Positions 22,411-36,200 of a DNA stretch of 64,000 bases are shown piece by piece. The DNA comes from Macrostomum lignano (Eukaryota). A model generated the notes under the pieces. It ran no database searches, was not told the DNA's origin, and worked only from the letters and a program-made list of their open reading frames with translations. The stretch covers positions 1-64,000 of the forward strand of contig NIVC01000735.1 in assembly GCA_002269645.1 (NCBI GenBank), given 5' to 3'. How positions within the stretch are numbered: the stretch's first letter is position 1; the number at the start of each line of letters is the position of its first letter. The translations under genes and the position numbers were made by a program.

Positions 22411-25400
22411 TTAGTTGTGAAAGATTTGGTACAGCGAGGCGAGCACAACACAGGGGACATTGAGGCCATTGTGCAGCAGATTGTTGAAGAAACTGATGGC
22501 AACATCAAGAAGGCGGTATACCAGAACTACCAACTGTTCATTGAGGCAGCCAAGGAGGTGGCGCTGCTGGAGGCCGAGATGCAGGTGATGAGCAGCATGC
22601 TGAAGGACCAGCGCCACCTGCTGGAGGTGCTCACCGACTTTCGCCTCACCGATCTGGTCGGTGCCGAGGGTAAGCCGCGCACGGATTCTGCTGCCTCCGC
22701 TGCCTCAGCTGGTGCACCCGCCACCGCATCCTCCACTGCCGCTGCCCCCGAGACGGACTCCCGCAAGGCGCTGTCGTACATCCTGGAGCGCGTGGAGGGC
22801 AGCTCAGACGTGGCTGACGTGCCAAACAGATCGATGCTGCACCACGGCGACTGCACGGAGGTCAGCCCGGCCGGCCTGCACCCGATAGGCGAGTTCCACC
22901 TGTTCCTGCTCAATGACTGCGTCCTTCTGGCCTCTGTCGGCGGCCCCGACGCCTCCAGCAGGAAGATGACGCTGCTGGAGCTCATCGAGCTGGACAACGT
23001 GTCCTTCAGCGCTGTTGCCTCCCGCCAGGACATCGACAGATTCCACCAGACTGCGCCCGCTGCCTTTTCCACATCGCCTGAAGGCGCTGCTGTTTCTGGC
23101 GGCGGCGGCGCCGGCAGCTCCGGGGCGGCTCAGTTTGCCAACCTCATCAAGATGCGCGTCTTCCCCGAGACCAGAGTGTTCAGCGTCAACTCCTCGGATG
23201 AGGCAGCGGGCTGGGTGAGTCCACCGAGTGGGGCAGGAGGCACCTGCTTAAGTACAGGTGGGGTTATGGGGTAGCGGCACCTTTTAAAGTATTCGTGGTT
23301 TAGCTTCGGAACTCCGCCGTCTGAAAATGTGCAGATCGAGAAGGTCCGCGCCGCGAAGCTGGCGAAGGCCATCCTGGACTCCAGCAAGCGCCAGCCGTCC
23401 CACTTGGTGGCGGGGCGCCCTGGCTCTGCTTCACCAGCCTCGCCTTCTTCAGCTCCGGCACCCCGCAGTCTCGAGGACGAGGAGGCGGCCTGGTTCGAGG
23501 ACAAGCCGGACGACCTGGACGTTCTCATCGCTGAGCGCCGCTTTGAGAAGGCCGTCGACCTGCTGCTGGAGTGCTACAAGCGCCTGGAGGCCCGGCCGCA
23601 AATGCGGGTGCTCAAAGGCCGCATCGACCTGCGCAAGGGCGCCGTCATCCGATTGCTGATTGGGTGAGCTCCATATGAGCACAATGTGACCCAGTTTGAG
23701 CTCCATATGAGCTTGAGCACAAACAGGATTGCACAGTGCATACTGTTTAAAATTCTTCAAGTATCCCAGTCTTCCTACGCTGCCCTCAGGGAGCTGCAGA
23801 TCCCGCCGCACGTGTCCCTCCGCGGCGGCCCGAAATCCTCTCGCAAGGCCGTCCGCGAGCTGGTCCGGCTGGGCAAGGCGGCCGAGGCGGCTGAGCACTT
23901 TCTCCATCTGCGCTCCAGCATCCGGCAGCACCTGGTTGACAACGTCAAGCTGGAGGACTCTCAGGCGCTCTACGCTAAGCGAATCGCGGCCGCCTTCTTC
24001 AAGACGCTGGTCGAGTCGCTGAAGGAGTTCAGCCTTGCCGGCTTCGGCCGCGACGCCAACAGCGCCCTGCTGCGCTGGTGCCGCCACGAGGTGCCTTGAA
24101 TGGGGGTAGCCAATCAGTCAGTCAGTCAGTCAGTCAGTCAGTCAGTCAGTCAGTCAGTCAGTCAGTCAGTCAGTCAGTCAGTCAGTCAGTCAGTCAGTCA
24201 GTCAGTCAGTCAGTCAGTCAGTCAGTCAGTCAGTCAGTCAGTCAGTCCATCCACGCCTCGCAGATCGAGCAGTTGGCAGAGCGGCTGCACCGGGTGCTCG
24301 CCCCCGCCAGCTTTGCCGAGTTCGCCAGCGGCTGGGCGGCGGCCAAGCAGGCGGCAAAGTCGGTGAACGACTCCGAGCGGGTGCAGGCAGCCTTCATGCT
24401 GGAGGCGGCCTGTCTGGAGACCTGGCAGGCTGCCATCGAGCGACAGGCGCGGAAACTGATCGACGCGGCGAGTTCGCGCGCTGCCGAGGAGAAATGGGTG
24501 GTGCTGCGGCGCGGCACCCGCAAGGAGGCCGAGGAGTTTCTCGCCTTTGTGCGCCAGTTCAGCCCCGAGGCCACGGAGCGGTCGCTGGGTAGGCGACTCA
24601 AAACTGAAGAGAATCTTTATTGCTTAATCCTTTCTGGGATTCTTAATGATCAGCAGAAAAGGAAACCAGTATTTCTCATGAAATTGACTTCCAATTGCCT
24701 ATCAGCTTGATCACCCTGAGAAACAGATTTGATCACCCTGAGAATCAGCCTTGATCACCCTGAGAATCAGCTTTGATCACCCTGAGAATAAGCTTTGATC
24801 ACCCTGAGAATAAGCTTTGATCACCCTGAGAATCAGCTTTGATCACCCTGAGAATCAGCTTTGATCACCCTGAGAATCAGCTTTGATCACCCTGAGAATC
24901 AGCTTTGATCACCCTGAGAGTCAGCTTTGATCACCCTGAGAATCAGCTTTGATCACCCTGAGAATCAGCTTTGACCACCCTGAGAGTCAGCTCTGATCAC
25001 CCTGAGAGTCAGCTTTGATCGCCCTGAGAATTGTCAATATGCGCCTACCCCGCAGGCCAGACTCGCCAGTTCGACATCAGCAGCATGACCTACGTGTTCT
25101 CAAATTCGTTCGTAAAATTCGCCGAGTCCCTCGCCAAGCTGTACACCCGCGAGCTGCACTACACGGTCAGCGACGCCCTGGCTTCGCTGCTGTCGGCCGA
25201 GATCAAGCACTACAGGCGCTGTCTGAGCGCTGCGCAGCTGCTGGACAAGGTGAGGCGGCTGTGGAGTGCTCATCTTAGATGCGAGTCACTCTGTTTCCTG
25301 GAGAAAATATTTTATGGGTGCCGAGCACCGAAACATTATCACTAACTCACCCTGGCGTGTTGATCGGGCTCTGTAAGAGTTTCTGTTCTGCTAACTGAGA

Positions 25401-27277
25401 CAGATTGTTACTGAGACACTGCTCAGCTGAGATCCGCATAGCCTGAATAAGAGTTTTGCCGACAGCCTCCTCAGCATGGTCTTCAGAGTGGCACCAGCGC
25501 CTGCCTTGTGGATGTTACTGTGTCGACTGAGTGCCCCTCCACTCCAGTGCATCGGTACAGGCCCTGCAGCAGACTAAATGTTCAGTGAGCGCACTCTCGT
25601 GAGCCAGCGCCTCTGCCTGAAAAGCATTTGTTAGTACCAACTGCTTGTTGCCTGCTGCCTGGCACCGTCACGCTTGCCGTCACGAACAACCCACCTTGTC
25701 GTCGTGACGCTTGCCGTCACGAACAACCCACCTTGTCGTCGTCACGCTTGCCGTCACGAACAACCCACCTTGTCGTCGTGACGCTTGCCGTCACGAACAA
25801 CCCACCTTGTCGTCGTCACGCTTGCCGTCACGAACAACCCACCTTGTCGCCGTCACGCTTGCCGTCACGAACAACCCACCTTGTCGTCGTCACGCTTGCC
25901 GTCACGAACAACCCACCTTGTCGTCGTCACGCTTGCCGTCACGAACAACCCACCTTGTCGCCGTCACGCTTGCCGTCACGAACAACCCACCTTGTCGCCG
26001 TCACGCTTGCCGTCACGAACAGCCCACCTTGTCGCCGTCACGAAACCTCGCATTGAACTTTCTTCGCTAGCAGATCTGTTCGTGCAGGTAGCGGAGAATG
26101 TCATATTTGATTTCAGATGATTTTCTAGGAATCGCATGTCGGATTGGTGTTGCAAATTTTATTCACAAATTAAGTCAAGTGCTCAACAAATCGCTCATTA
26201 CCCTGCAATCCGGACTCAAATTCCAGCGAGTAAGTACCGCTTGCACCTGGCTGGCACCGGCCTCAATTGCATCCAGTCTAAAGGATGCCTTCTGAAGCAG
26301 AATTTGCTGTGCATTTTCAACCTAACACAAAATCAGTGTTTGGGATCTCGCTGATTGCACTGGGCGGGTTGGGTAATTAATTGATCTGGGTGTTGGTATT
26401 GCAATTGATTCGGTGTTGCTTGTTGTCATATTGACAGGTGCTTTAATTATAGACAAAATATTTTTTACAACCTAATTTGATTAATTGACAGCCGCTTTGA
26501 CCTTTTGATCTGTCTGTCGATTTCTCCTGATTTATGACCCTAGTTAAATTTGACATTAAGAATTTGTAGAACCTTTATTGTGCAGTAAAACTGTTCTGAT
26601 TATTAGAAAAATGATTTTAATATTAAGAAATCTGTGTAACTAAACATGTGAACACCAATGTGTGAATCCATGTCGTGAGTCGCAGCTTCACAACAGACAG
26701 TGTGTGAACACATGATTCACAACAGACAGTGTGTGAAGACAGATGATTCACAACAGACAGTGTGTGAAGACAGATGATTCACAACAGACAGTGTGTGAAC
26801 ACAGATGATTCACAACAGACAGTGTGTGAACACAGATGATTCACAACAGACAGTGTGTGAACACAGATGATTCACAACAGACAGTGTGTGAACACAGATG
26901 ATTCACAACAGACAGTGTGTGAACACAGATGATTCACAACAGACAGTGTGTGAACACAGATGATTCACAACAGACAGTGTGTGAACACAGATGATTCACA
27001 ACAGACAGTGTGTAAACACAGATGATTCACAACAGACAGTGTGTGAACACAGATGATTCACAAAGCCACGATGGCATGACACGCCGATGCCGCACCCGCC
27101 CCGCAGCGCGACTTCATCCTGCACAACCTGACGTTCCTGCAGTCGTGCCCGCTGCAGGCCTGCAACACCCGCCTGTCGGGGGTCAGCGGCTGCCAGCCCC
27201 AGGAATTTGACACCTTCTGGGAGGCTCAGCAGGAGCTCGGCCGCCTCATCGAGATGAGCAAACCGAGCATGGTTTGA
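21327..27277 (+). CDS. EXOC8: Exocyst complex component 8 (Exo84)
   Basis: Exons 21327-21420, 22415-23214, 23335-23663, 23790-24090, 24264-24588, 25056-25249 and 27107-27277, all phase-consistent. Motifs: NIKKAVYQNYQLFIEAAKEVALLEAEM (Vps51/Exo84 N-terminus), PH-like HLFLLNDCVLLA, and WFEDKPDDLDVLIAERRFEKAVDLL. Confidence 0.93.
24113..24246. repeat. (TCAG)n microsatellite in an EXOC8 intron
   Basis: About 33 perfect units. Confidence 0.95.
24708..25030. repeat. 22-bp minisatellite
   Basis: (ctttgatcaccctgagaatcag)n. Confidence 0.95.
25666..26044. repeat. 37-bp minisatellite
   Basis: (gcttgccgtcacgaacaacccaccttgtcgtcgtcac)n. Confidence 0.95.
26686..27062. repeat. 31-bp minisatellite
   Basis: (cacaacagacagtgtgtgaacacagatgatt)n. 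Confidence 0.95.
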
Positions 27278-27649
27278 AGACTCAAGATTTTCACAGTTGC
27301 AGACCTGCCAGCCGCCAGCCCCGTGTAATTGGGTTGCTAGGCTGTACTGAGTATTGCATGCTCACTGATGCAGCCTGATGCTGGTGCCATTCTGTAACGC
27401 ACAACTGTGCAGCCTAGTGATAATCCTGTTAGTCTGTTTATCTGCTTCTCTATGATTTATAATTATAATTATTTTCTATCATTATTCTCAGATTTGCGTC
27501 ACAAGTTATTGCGAACTGCTGCGTGCTGCTTTTTGTTTGATTGAGTTTTCTTTAACAGCAGCTCTGCTTTTGGAGTTTAGTATATAGGATTACAATAACC
27601 CTTCTTGCCTCTGCCGCCCGTCCCCAAGCCTCGCTTATTCAACTCTCTT

Positions 27650-28490
27650 GCTTGGCAATCGCCCTCCAATCTCTGTTTGCTGGAATTGTCTTCCAATCTC
27701 TATTCCTTGGGAATCGCCTTTCAATCAATCTCTATTCCTTGAGAATCGCCTTCCAATCTCTATTCATTGAGAATCGCCCTCCAATCTCTCTTCCTTGAGA
27801 ATCGCCTTTCAATCAATCTCTATTCCTTGAGAATTGGCCTCCAATCTCTATTCCTTGAGAATCGCCCTCCAATCTCTCTTCCTTGAGAATCGGCCTCAAA
27901 TCTCTTATTCCTTCAAAATCGCCCTCAAATCTCTATTCCCTGCGAATTGCCCTCCAATCCAATCACTGCGAATTGCCCTCCAATCCAATCACTGAGAATT
28001 GCCCTACAGTCCAATCACTGAGAATTGCCCTACAGTCCCTGACAATTGCCCTATAATCCAATCATTGAAAATCCCTCCAATCCAATCACTGAGAATTGCC
28101 CTACAGTCTCTGAGAATTGACCTACAGTCCCTGAGAATTGACCTACAGTCCCTGAGAATTGACCTACAGTCCCTGAGAATTGACCTACAGTCCCTGAGAA
28201 TTGACCTACAGTCCCTGAGAATTGACCTACAGTCTCTGAGAATTGCCCTACAGTCCATGAGAATTGACCTACAGTCCCTGAGAATTGACCTACAGTCCCT
28301 GAGAATTGACCTACAGTCCCTGAGAATTGCCCTACAGTCCCTGAGAATTGCCCTACAGTCCCTGAGAATTGACCTACAGTCCCTGAGAATTGACCTACAG
28401 TCTCTGAGAATTGCCCTACAGTCCATGAGAATTGACCTACAGTCCCTGAGAATTGACCTACAGTCCCTGAGAATCGCCCTCCAATCTCTT
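27650..28490. repeat. Intergenic minisatellites (degenerate ~26-bp grading into 21-bp)
   Basis: (gagaatcgccctccaatctctattcctt)n then (ccctgagaattgacctacagt)n. Confidence 0.9.
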
Positions 28491-28615
28491 CCATTCGAGA
28501 ATCTCCCTCCCAAATCAGCTGATTTAGTCAAGGTTATTTTCGCCATGTAAGCGTATAGAAAATAAGCCCATTTGCCCTTGATGCGAACTCTGTCCCATCT
28601 GACAAAGCCTTCAAA

Positions 28616-31581
28616 ATGGCCCAGCATCTGCTTCTGCTCACGCTGCTTGCCCTCTTGGCGTTGCAACCAGCCTGTTGCCTTGACAACGGCGTTGCCATGC
28701 AGCCGCCAATGGGCTGGCTCACCTGGCAGCGGTTTCGCTGCGTCACCGACTGCGACACCTACCCGGACACCTGCATCGGCGAGAAGCTGATCCGGGACAC
28801 CGCCGACCGCATGGCGCAGGACGGCTGGCTCGCCTCCGGCTACGAGTTCGTCACCGTTGACGACTGCTGGGCTTCGCATCAGCGCGACGCTCAGGGCCGG
28901 CTGCAGGGCGACCCCGACCGCTTCCCCGGCGGCATGCGCGCCCTCGCCGATTATGTGCACTCGCGCGGGCTCAAGTTCGGCATCTACGCCGACTACGGCA
29001 ACCTCACCTGCGGCGGCTACCCCGGCAGCATCAACAACCTGCAGCTGGACGCGCAGACCTTCGCCAGCTGGGGCGTCGATCTCGTCAAGCTGGACGGCTG
29101 CTACTCGGATCCGGCAAAGCAGGTGGGCCGCTGTTCTTGCGCCCCGGCGTGTCCTGCTGCTGCTGGTAGATTGATTGACTGTCGGTAGATTGATTGATTG
29201 ACTGTCGGTAGGTTGATTGACTGTCGGTAGATTGATTATTGACTGTCTGTAGATTGATTGACTGTCGGTAGATTGATTAATTGACTGTCGGTAGATTGAT
29301 TGATTGACTGTCGGTAGGTTGATTGACCGTCGGTAGGTTGCCTGTAAGTAAGTTGCAGTTTGTTGGCAGGTTGCTGACTGCCCATATCCCGCCAGTGGCA
29401 AGGCTCAATAAAAAGTGTCCCAACGACCTCGACACCTGCAGGCGGCGGGCTACGCGCAGTTCGGCAGCTACCTAAACAAGACCGGCCGGCCCATTGTGTT
29501 CAGCTGCAGCTACCCGGCCTACCAGGAAAAAAAGTCCAGCATTGACTCGGCCCTGCTGCAGAAGACCTGCTCGATGTGGCGCATCTATGGAGACATCCAG
29601 GTGAGGCTGGGCTGAATCGCCCAATAGAATCTCCCATTAGAATCGCCCAGTAGAATCTCCTAGATTGGAATCGCCCAGATTGTAATCGCCCAGCAGAATA
29701 GCCCAGATTGGAATCGCCCAGATTGGAATCGCCCAGATTGGAATCGCCCAGTAGAATCTCCCAGATTGGAATCGGCCAGATTGGAATCGCCCAGATTGGA
29801 ATCGCCCAGATTGGAATCGCCCAGATTGGAATCGCCCAGATTGGAATCGCCCAGATTGGAATCGCCCAGATTGGAATCGCCCAGTAGAATCTCCCAGAAT
29901 CGCCCAGTAGAATCTCCCAGAATCGCCCAGTAGAATCTCCCAGAATCACCCAGTAGAATCTCCCAGAATCGCCCAGTAGAATCTCCCAGAATCGCCCAGT
30001 AGAATCTCCCAGAATCGCCCAGTAGAATCTCCCAGAATCGCCCAGTAGAATCGGTTCTAAGGATCCAACAACCCGAATTCCCGAAGTTCTCCCTGAACCC
30101 CGCTGCCCGCCCGCAGGACTCCTGGCCTCGGTGGCCAGCATCATCGATTACTGGGGCAGCAACGACGCCAACATGAGTACCTGGAACGGGCCGCAGCACT
30201 GGAACGACCCGGACATGGTCATCGTTGGCGACTTCGGCCTCAGCCCGGTGCAGCAGGAGGCCCAGATGGCCTTCTGGTGCCTCTGGTCCGCGCCTCTGAT
30301 ACTTAGCCTGGACCTACGCTCTGTGCCGACCGACAGTGCCAGGATTTTGCGCAACGCGCTGGCCATCGCCATCAACAAGGATCCAATGGGATATCAGGTG
30401 AGGCTATGAAGCCAGTAGAGAGCGGCCAGTAGGGAGCGGTCAGTAGGGAGCGGTCAGTAGGGAGCGGTCAGTAGGGAGCGGCCAGAAGGGAGCGGCCAGT
30501 AGGGAGCGGTCAGTAGGGAGCGGTCAGTAGAGTGCGGCCAGTAGGGAGCGGCCAGTAGGGAGCGGTCAGTAGGGAGTGGTCAGTAGGGAGCGGTCAGTAG
30601 GGAGTGGCCAGTAGGGAGCGGCCAGTAGGGAGCGGTCAGTAGGGTGCGGTCAGTAGGGAGCGGTCAGTAGAGAGCGGCCAGTAGGGAGCGGTCAGTAGGG
30701 AGCGGTCAGTAGGGAGCGGCCAGTAGAGAGCGGTCAGTAGGGAGCGGTCAGTAGGGAGCGGCCAGTAGAGAGCGGTCAGTAGGGAGCGGTCAGTAGGGAG
30801 CGGCCAGTAGGGAGCGGTCAGTATGGAGCGGCCAGTAGGGAGTGGTCAGTAGGTAGCGGTCAGTAGGGAGCGGTCAGTAGGGAGCGGTCAGTAGAGTGCG
30901 GCCAGTAGAGTGCGGCCAGTAGGGAGCTGTCAGTAGAGAGCGGCAAACAGAGACAGCACTTTAAATAGGAATGTGTCCCTGGCCAAATAATGCTTCCATG
31001 TCTAGACAAGCTTTCCGCACGCCTAAGAGTAATTAATTACTCGCTGTCTGCCGGTCAGTTATCAATAAAAGTTGTGTCAGTACTGTTAGTGCCTACTCGC
31101 ATCAGTAGTATGATTCGGCCAGTTTTGCTGTTTCATCAATTTTCGATCATAAAAAATTATAATATTAGATATTGTCAGCTGTGCTCACAGCAGCAGTTGT
31201 GCCGCCGCTCACCCACAGGGCTGCCTGCTATTCAAGCGCGGCGACGTGCAGGTGTGGCGCAAGCTCATGTCCCGCGGCGACTTCGCCTTCGTGCTCTACT
31301 ACAACTCCGACGGCGGCACCCCGGCCCGGCTCGGCGTCAGCCTGAAGGACCTCGCCCTGCCCGCCGGCCTCAAGCCACCCTTTGACTGCGTCGACGTGTT
31401 CACCTTCGCCAGCGCCGGCCGGTTCGCCGACACCGACACCGCCGTCAAGTTCGACGTGCTGCCCAGCGGTGGAGTTCGATTTGTGTACTGCCGGCGGCCA
31501 GCCTCCGCCGCGAACGGAAGTCCGGCGGTCCCGATCGCGGTTCCAGCGGCCGAGCTGCCGGGACTTGGCGATATTCTGTAG
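28616..31581 (+). CDS. NAGA: Alpha-N-acetylgalactosaminidase (GH27) with signal peptide; 1-nt frameshift at ~30125
   Basis: Exons 28616-29122, 29442-29600, 30117-30397 and 31219-31581. Motifs: LDNG..PPMGWLTW, VTVDDCW, catalytic KLDGC and WRIYGDIQ, WNDPDM. CSYPAY has the Ser/Ala pair typical of NAGA rather than the Glu/Leu pair of GLA. Confidence 0.92.
29166..29340. repeat. 19-23-bp minisatellite in NAGA intron 1
   Basis: (gtagattgattgactgtcg)n. Confidence 0.9.
29616..30052. repeat. 15-bp and 23-bp minisatellites in NAGA intron 2
   Basis: (ttggaatcgcccaga)n and (gaatcgcccagtagaatctccca)n. Confidence 0.9.
30412..30944. repeat. 14-bp minisatellite in NAGA intron 3
   Basis: (cagtagggagcggY)n. 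Confidence 0.95.
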
Positions 31582-32126
31582 AGTGCCAACTAGCCAGTAC
31601 ATTTTTATCCAGCACTTGGTTTCCCACTTAGATTTTGTATTGTATTTCGCAAAGCGGATGTCAGCTTAAGCACCAGGATGAAGCCGGAAGCAAAGCTCCG
31701 GATCTGGAGGCAGAGTCTGGTTGGATTCCGTGTCGTCTGATTCACAGCCATGAGTTCCAATGCTGCCAATGCTGCCAATATTCATACAATATACAAAGTA
31801 CATGAGGTTGCTGGAATTGCTCATCCAGGTGATTCAAACTCAACAAATGTTCCTCTCCAATAATGGCCAATGGTTGCTAGGAGAAATCGAGTCCCCACAT
31901 TTTTATACATGTAGCTTGGGTTCAGTAACCCTTGCCTTACTTTTCTATGATATTTTTCTATTGCGATTACTAATGATTATATAGTCTGCCGTTTGCGGTA
32001 CGGAATTGTTATGCCTTGTAGTGATTTTCTCTTAATAAAATCTTTTTATCGGTAATTGTTGAATCAATTTTGCGAGTTTTGGTCTTTTGTGTTCTTAATT
32101 TTGAGTTTTTGTTCCGTTTGCTAAAT

Positions 32127-32470
32127 ACTGATTCCTAAGTGTGGGTTTCTGATTCCTAAGTGTGGGTTTCTGATTCCTAAGTGTGGGTTTCTGATTCCTA
32201 AGTGTGGGTTTCTGATTCCTAAGTGTGGGTTTCTGATTCCTAAGTGTGGGTTTCTGATTCCTAAGTGTGGGTTTCTGATTCCTAAGTGTGGGTTTCTGAT
32301 TCCTAAGTGTGGGTTTCTGATTCCTAAGTGTGGGTTTCTGATTCCTAAGTGTGGGTTTCTGATTCCTAAGTGTGGGTTTCTGATTCCTAAGCGTGGGTTT
32401 CTGATTCCTAAGCGTGGGTTTCTGATTCCTGAGTTTAAGTTTTCTAATTCTGATTCCTAAATGTGGGTTT
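32127..32470. repeat. 21-bp intergenic minisatellite
   Basis: (tgattcctaagtgtgggtttc)n. Confidence 0.95.
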
Positions 32471-32559
32471 CTCATTCCTAAATTTCGATTTCTGTTATAC
32501 AAGTGTGGGGTTCCGGTTCCTGAACCCCAGTTTTCACTCCCAAATCAGAGTTCTATTTC

Positions 32560-33184
32560 ATGGAATCTGGGTCTCCTGTTTCCTGGAATCTGGGTCCTGT
32601 TTCCTGGAATCTGGGTCCTGTTCCCTGGAATCTGGGTCCTGTTTCCTATAATCTGGGTCCTGTTCCCTGGAATCTGGGTCCTGTTTCCTGGAATCTGGGT
32701 CCTGTTTCCTATAATCTGGGTCCTGTTTCCTGGAATCTGGGTCCTGTTTCCTGGAATCTGGGTCCTGTTTCCTGGAATCTGGATCCTGTTCCCTGGAATC
32801 TAGGTCCTGTTTCCTGGAATCTGGATCCTGTTTCCTGGAATCTGGGTCCTGTTTCCTGGAATCTGGGTCCTGTTTCCTGGAATCTGGGTCCTGTTTCCTA
32901 TAATCTGGGTCCTGTTTCCTGGAATCTGGGTCCTGTTTCCTGGAATCTGGGTCCTGTTTCCTATAATCTGGGTCCTGTTTCCTGGAATCTGGGTCCTGTT
33001 TCCTATAATCTGGGTCCTGTTTCCTGGAATCTGGGTCCTGTTTCCTGGAATCTGGGTCCTGTTTCCTGGAATCTGGGTCCTGTTTCCTATAATCTGGGTC
33101 CTGTTTCCTGGAATCTGGGTCCTGTTTCCTGGAATCTGGGTCCTGTTTCCTATAATCTGGGTCCTGTTTCCTGGAATCTGGGTC
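32560..33184. repeat. 21-bp intergenic minisatellite
   Basis: (ggaatctgggtcctgtttcct)n. Confidence 0.95.
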
Positions 33185-33240
33185 CAGGTCCTGGCTGATT
33201 TTCTTTGCTCTGCTTTTTGACTTATGCAGCAGCCGCCACG

Positions 33241-36200
33241 ATGGAGCCGCAGCAGCAGCAGCAGCCGCAGTCCTCTCGAACAGACGACTGGGACAGCGAA
33301 GACGCCTTCCAGCGCGACCGGACCCGCCTGTGGGAGTCGCTGAACAGCAGGAAACGGCTGGACGTTGACTCCAACGGGCTGCACCGGCTGCTGAGCTTCG
33401 TGGAGAATCCCACCTTCAAGGAGGCCAGCTTCCTGCGCAGGTTGGGGCTGATTGAACTGCGGAATTATTTGTTATTGATTGATTAGTAATCTGCTGTGCT
33501 GCACAGGCGGGCAAAAGCAGTCGGTGGTCACATAGAGTAAAGAAACTAGAAGCCATTGATAGAACTTAAAAGCCAAGGGTAGAATTCAGAAGCCAGGGGT
33601 AGAATTCAGAAGCCAAGGGTAGAATTCAGAAGCCAGGGGTAGAATTCAGAAGCCAGGGGTAGAATTCAGAAGCCAAGGGTAGAATTCAGAAGCCAAGGGT
33701 AGAATTCAGAAGCCAAGGGTAGAATTCAGAAGCCAAGGGTAGAATTCAGAAGCCAAGGGTAGAATTCAGAAGCCAAGGGTAGAGCAATGACTGTCTGTCC
33801 CGCTCGGCAGGCAGAAGAGCGGCCTCCGCCCGCTGCCGCAGGCCTCCGAGTCTGACAGGGTGGCGCTGAAGCGCGAGGACACGCTGCCGATGCCGGCGGA
33901 GGCGGAGGCGGAGCCGAGCCAGCCGCGCCGGAAAATTGTGCTTGGCCTGCGGCCCGCCTACACCGCGCCGCTGCCGCCGATCCAGCGCTCCGGGGTCGGC
34001 AGCTTCCACCGGATGCTCGGCGGCGCCCCGATCGGCCGCGGCGAGGCCCTGCGCCTCCGCCAGGTCACCTTCGGCAACGCCGTCCACCCCTTCTGCAAGG
34101 AGTGGCGCCGCGCCCACTTCACCTTCCAGGAGGCCTCCGGGCCGCATCCGTACGGCCTGCTGGCGCACCGCGACGCCACCAGGGCGCTGGTGCTGTGCGT
34201 TCAGGCCCAGCTGCTGCGCCGCCTGCTGTTCCCGGCCGACTGTCCGGACCGGTTCCGCACCCACCTGCTGGCCGTGGAGCCGGCGCGGCGCCCGACACTG
34301 CTCGCCGAATCTCTGGCCGACATTTTGTGGCGCGCCGGCGAGGGTCGGAGAGCTGCTTTGGCGGCGCCGTCCAGCGAGTGCCACGTGCCCAGCGATGACC
34401 AGTACAGGGAGGACGGGTTCACCGAGCGACTGCACCTGTTCTACTTCACCTCCCTGCCCGAACTGCTGGATGGGCTCAGGCGGTTGGAGAACTACGTGAG
34501 TACTGATCTCCCAAAGTTGCACCAGTTCGTTTCTATGGCAACTCCCCCGGGTTACTAGTATAATATCTACTAGTAATAAGAGTCTATGGCTTTAACCATA
34601 GTATTAAAAGTCTATAGCCCAATCCCAGCATTAACAGTCCATGGCCCAATCCCAGCATTTTAACAGTCTATGGCCCAATCCCAGTATTAACAGTCTATGG
34701 CCCAATCCCAGCATTAACAGTCTATGGCCCAATCCCTGCATTAACAGTTTATCGCCCAATTCCAAAATTTTACCAGTCTATGGCCCAATCTTAGCATTAA
34801 CAGTCTATGGCCCAATCCCAGAATTAACAGTCTATGGCCCAATCCCAGAATTAACTGTCTATGGCCCAATCCCAGAATTAACAGTCTATGGCCCAATCCC
34901 AGAATTAACAGTCTATGGCCCAATCCCAGAATTAACAGTCTATGGCTCAATCCCAGCATTGACAATCTGTGGGGCAATCTCAGTAATAAAATTTTATTTC
35001 CCAACCCCACTAACCTTACTTGTTTGAGCTCAACCCTCAGTTTTTTTCATTTTATAACTACAGCTCAGCCCTTGGAAACGTACTTTATTGATAACCCGAT
35101 CTGTACGCTCGTACTTGGCAATATTTTCAGCTGGATTTGTGTGCCCCATGCGCAAGGTAAATTTGAAGCTAAAATTCCCAGAATCACCCACCTGTTTTGC
35201 ACATTTTATGTCTGCAACTCAATTTGCTCACAATTTTAACGCTCCAGCACAGCCCTGCTCTTCCCCTTTCCGCCTGACCTCAAGCATTCTTATTGCTTTT
35301 TGCTTTGTTGCACTTTAACAAACCCCCAGGATTCACCGCCTCCGTTTGCGTTCTATCTGATACCTGGGTATTTCAATTTGAATATCCGCTTCTTTTGTTT
35401 TAGTCTTACATGTTCACTCACTTATTTTTTTTGATTTGTTTCTGTGAGTTCTTTGAATATCTGGTTGAGTGAATTGCTAGTCTAGCCAACTATGTTTTCA
35501 GCGCCAACCGATGCGACGTACTTCCTTCCTGTTGCTAAAAATAGCTCTATTTGGGAATTCCCGGTCGCCCCCCGCAGTTCACGTCGCCGTCGCACCCGGG
35601 CTGCCTGCTGCTCCTCTACTGCCTGGTGCTGTCGCGCGGCTTCCTGCGCATCCAGGCCGACTGGGACGGCGCGCCGAAGGCTTCGCTGCTCAACGACAAC
35701 GAGGAGCTGGCGACGCCCGGCTTCACCCTGCTGCTGACCGGCGCCGCCTGCCGCTTCCTGCACAATGGCTGCCAGCTGGCCGACCCGGAGACCGGGGCGC
35801 CGCTGCCCGCTCCGCGCACTGGCCTGGCCCAGCGGCCGGATGTTGGGTTGCTGCAGGTGACCGATGGGATGGGATGGAGATGGGATGGAGATGGGATGGG
35901 ATGGTGATGGTGATGATGATGATGGTGATGGTAATGATGATGATGATGGGGATGGTAATAGGATGGTGATGGGGATGGTAGGATGATGATGGGGATGGTA
36001 ATAGGATGGTGATGGGGATGGTAATAGGATGGTGATGGGGATGGTAATAGGATGATGATGGGGATGGTGATAGGATGGTGATGGGGATGGTAATAGGATG
36101 ATGATGGGGATGGTGATAGGATGGGGATGGGATGGTGACGAGGATGGTGATGGGGATGGGATGATGATGGTGATGATGGGGATGGTAATAGGATGGTGAT

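Noticed and set aside
28004-29401. 465-aa minus-strand ORF
   Set aside because: Antisense shadow of NAGA exon 1 joined to two repeat arrays.
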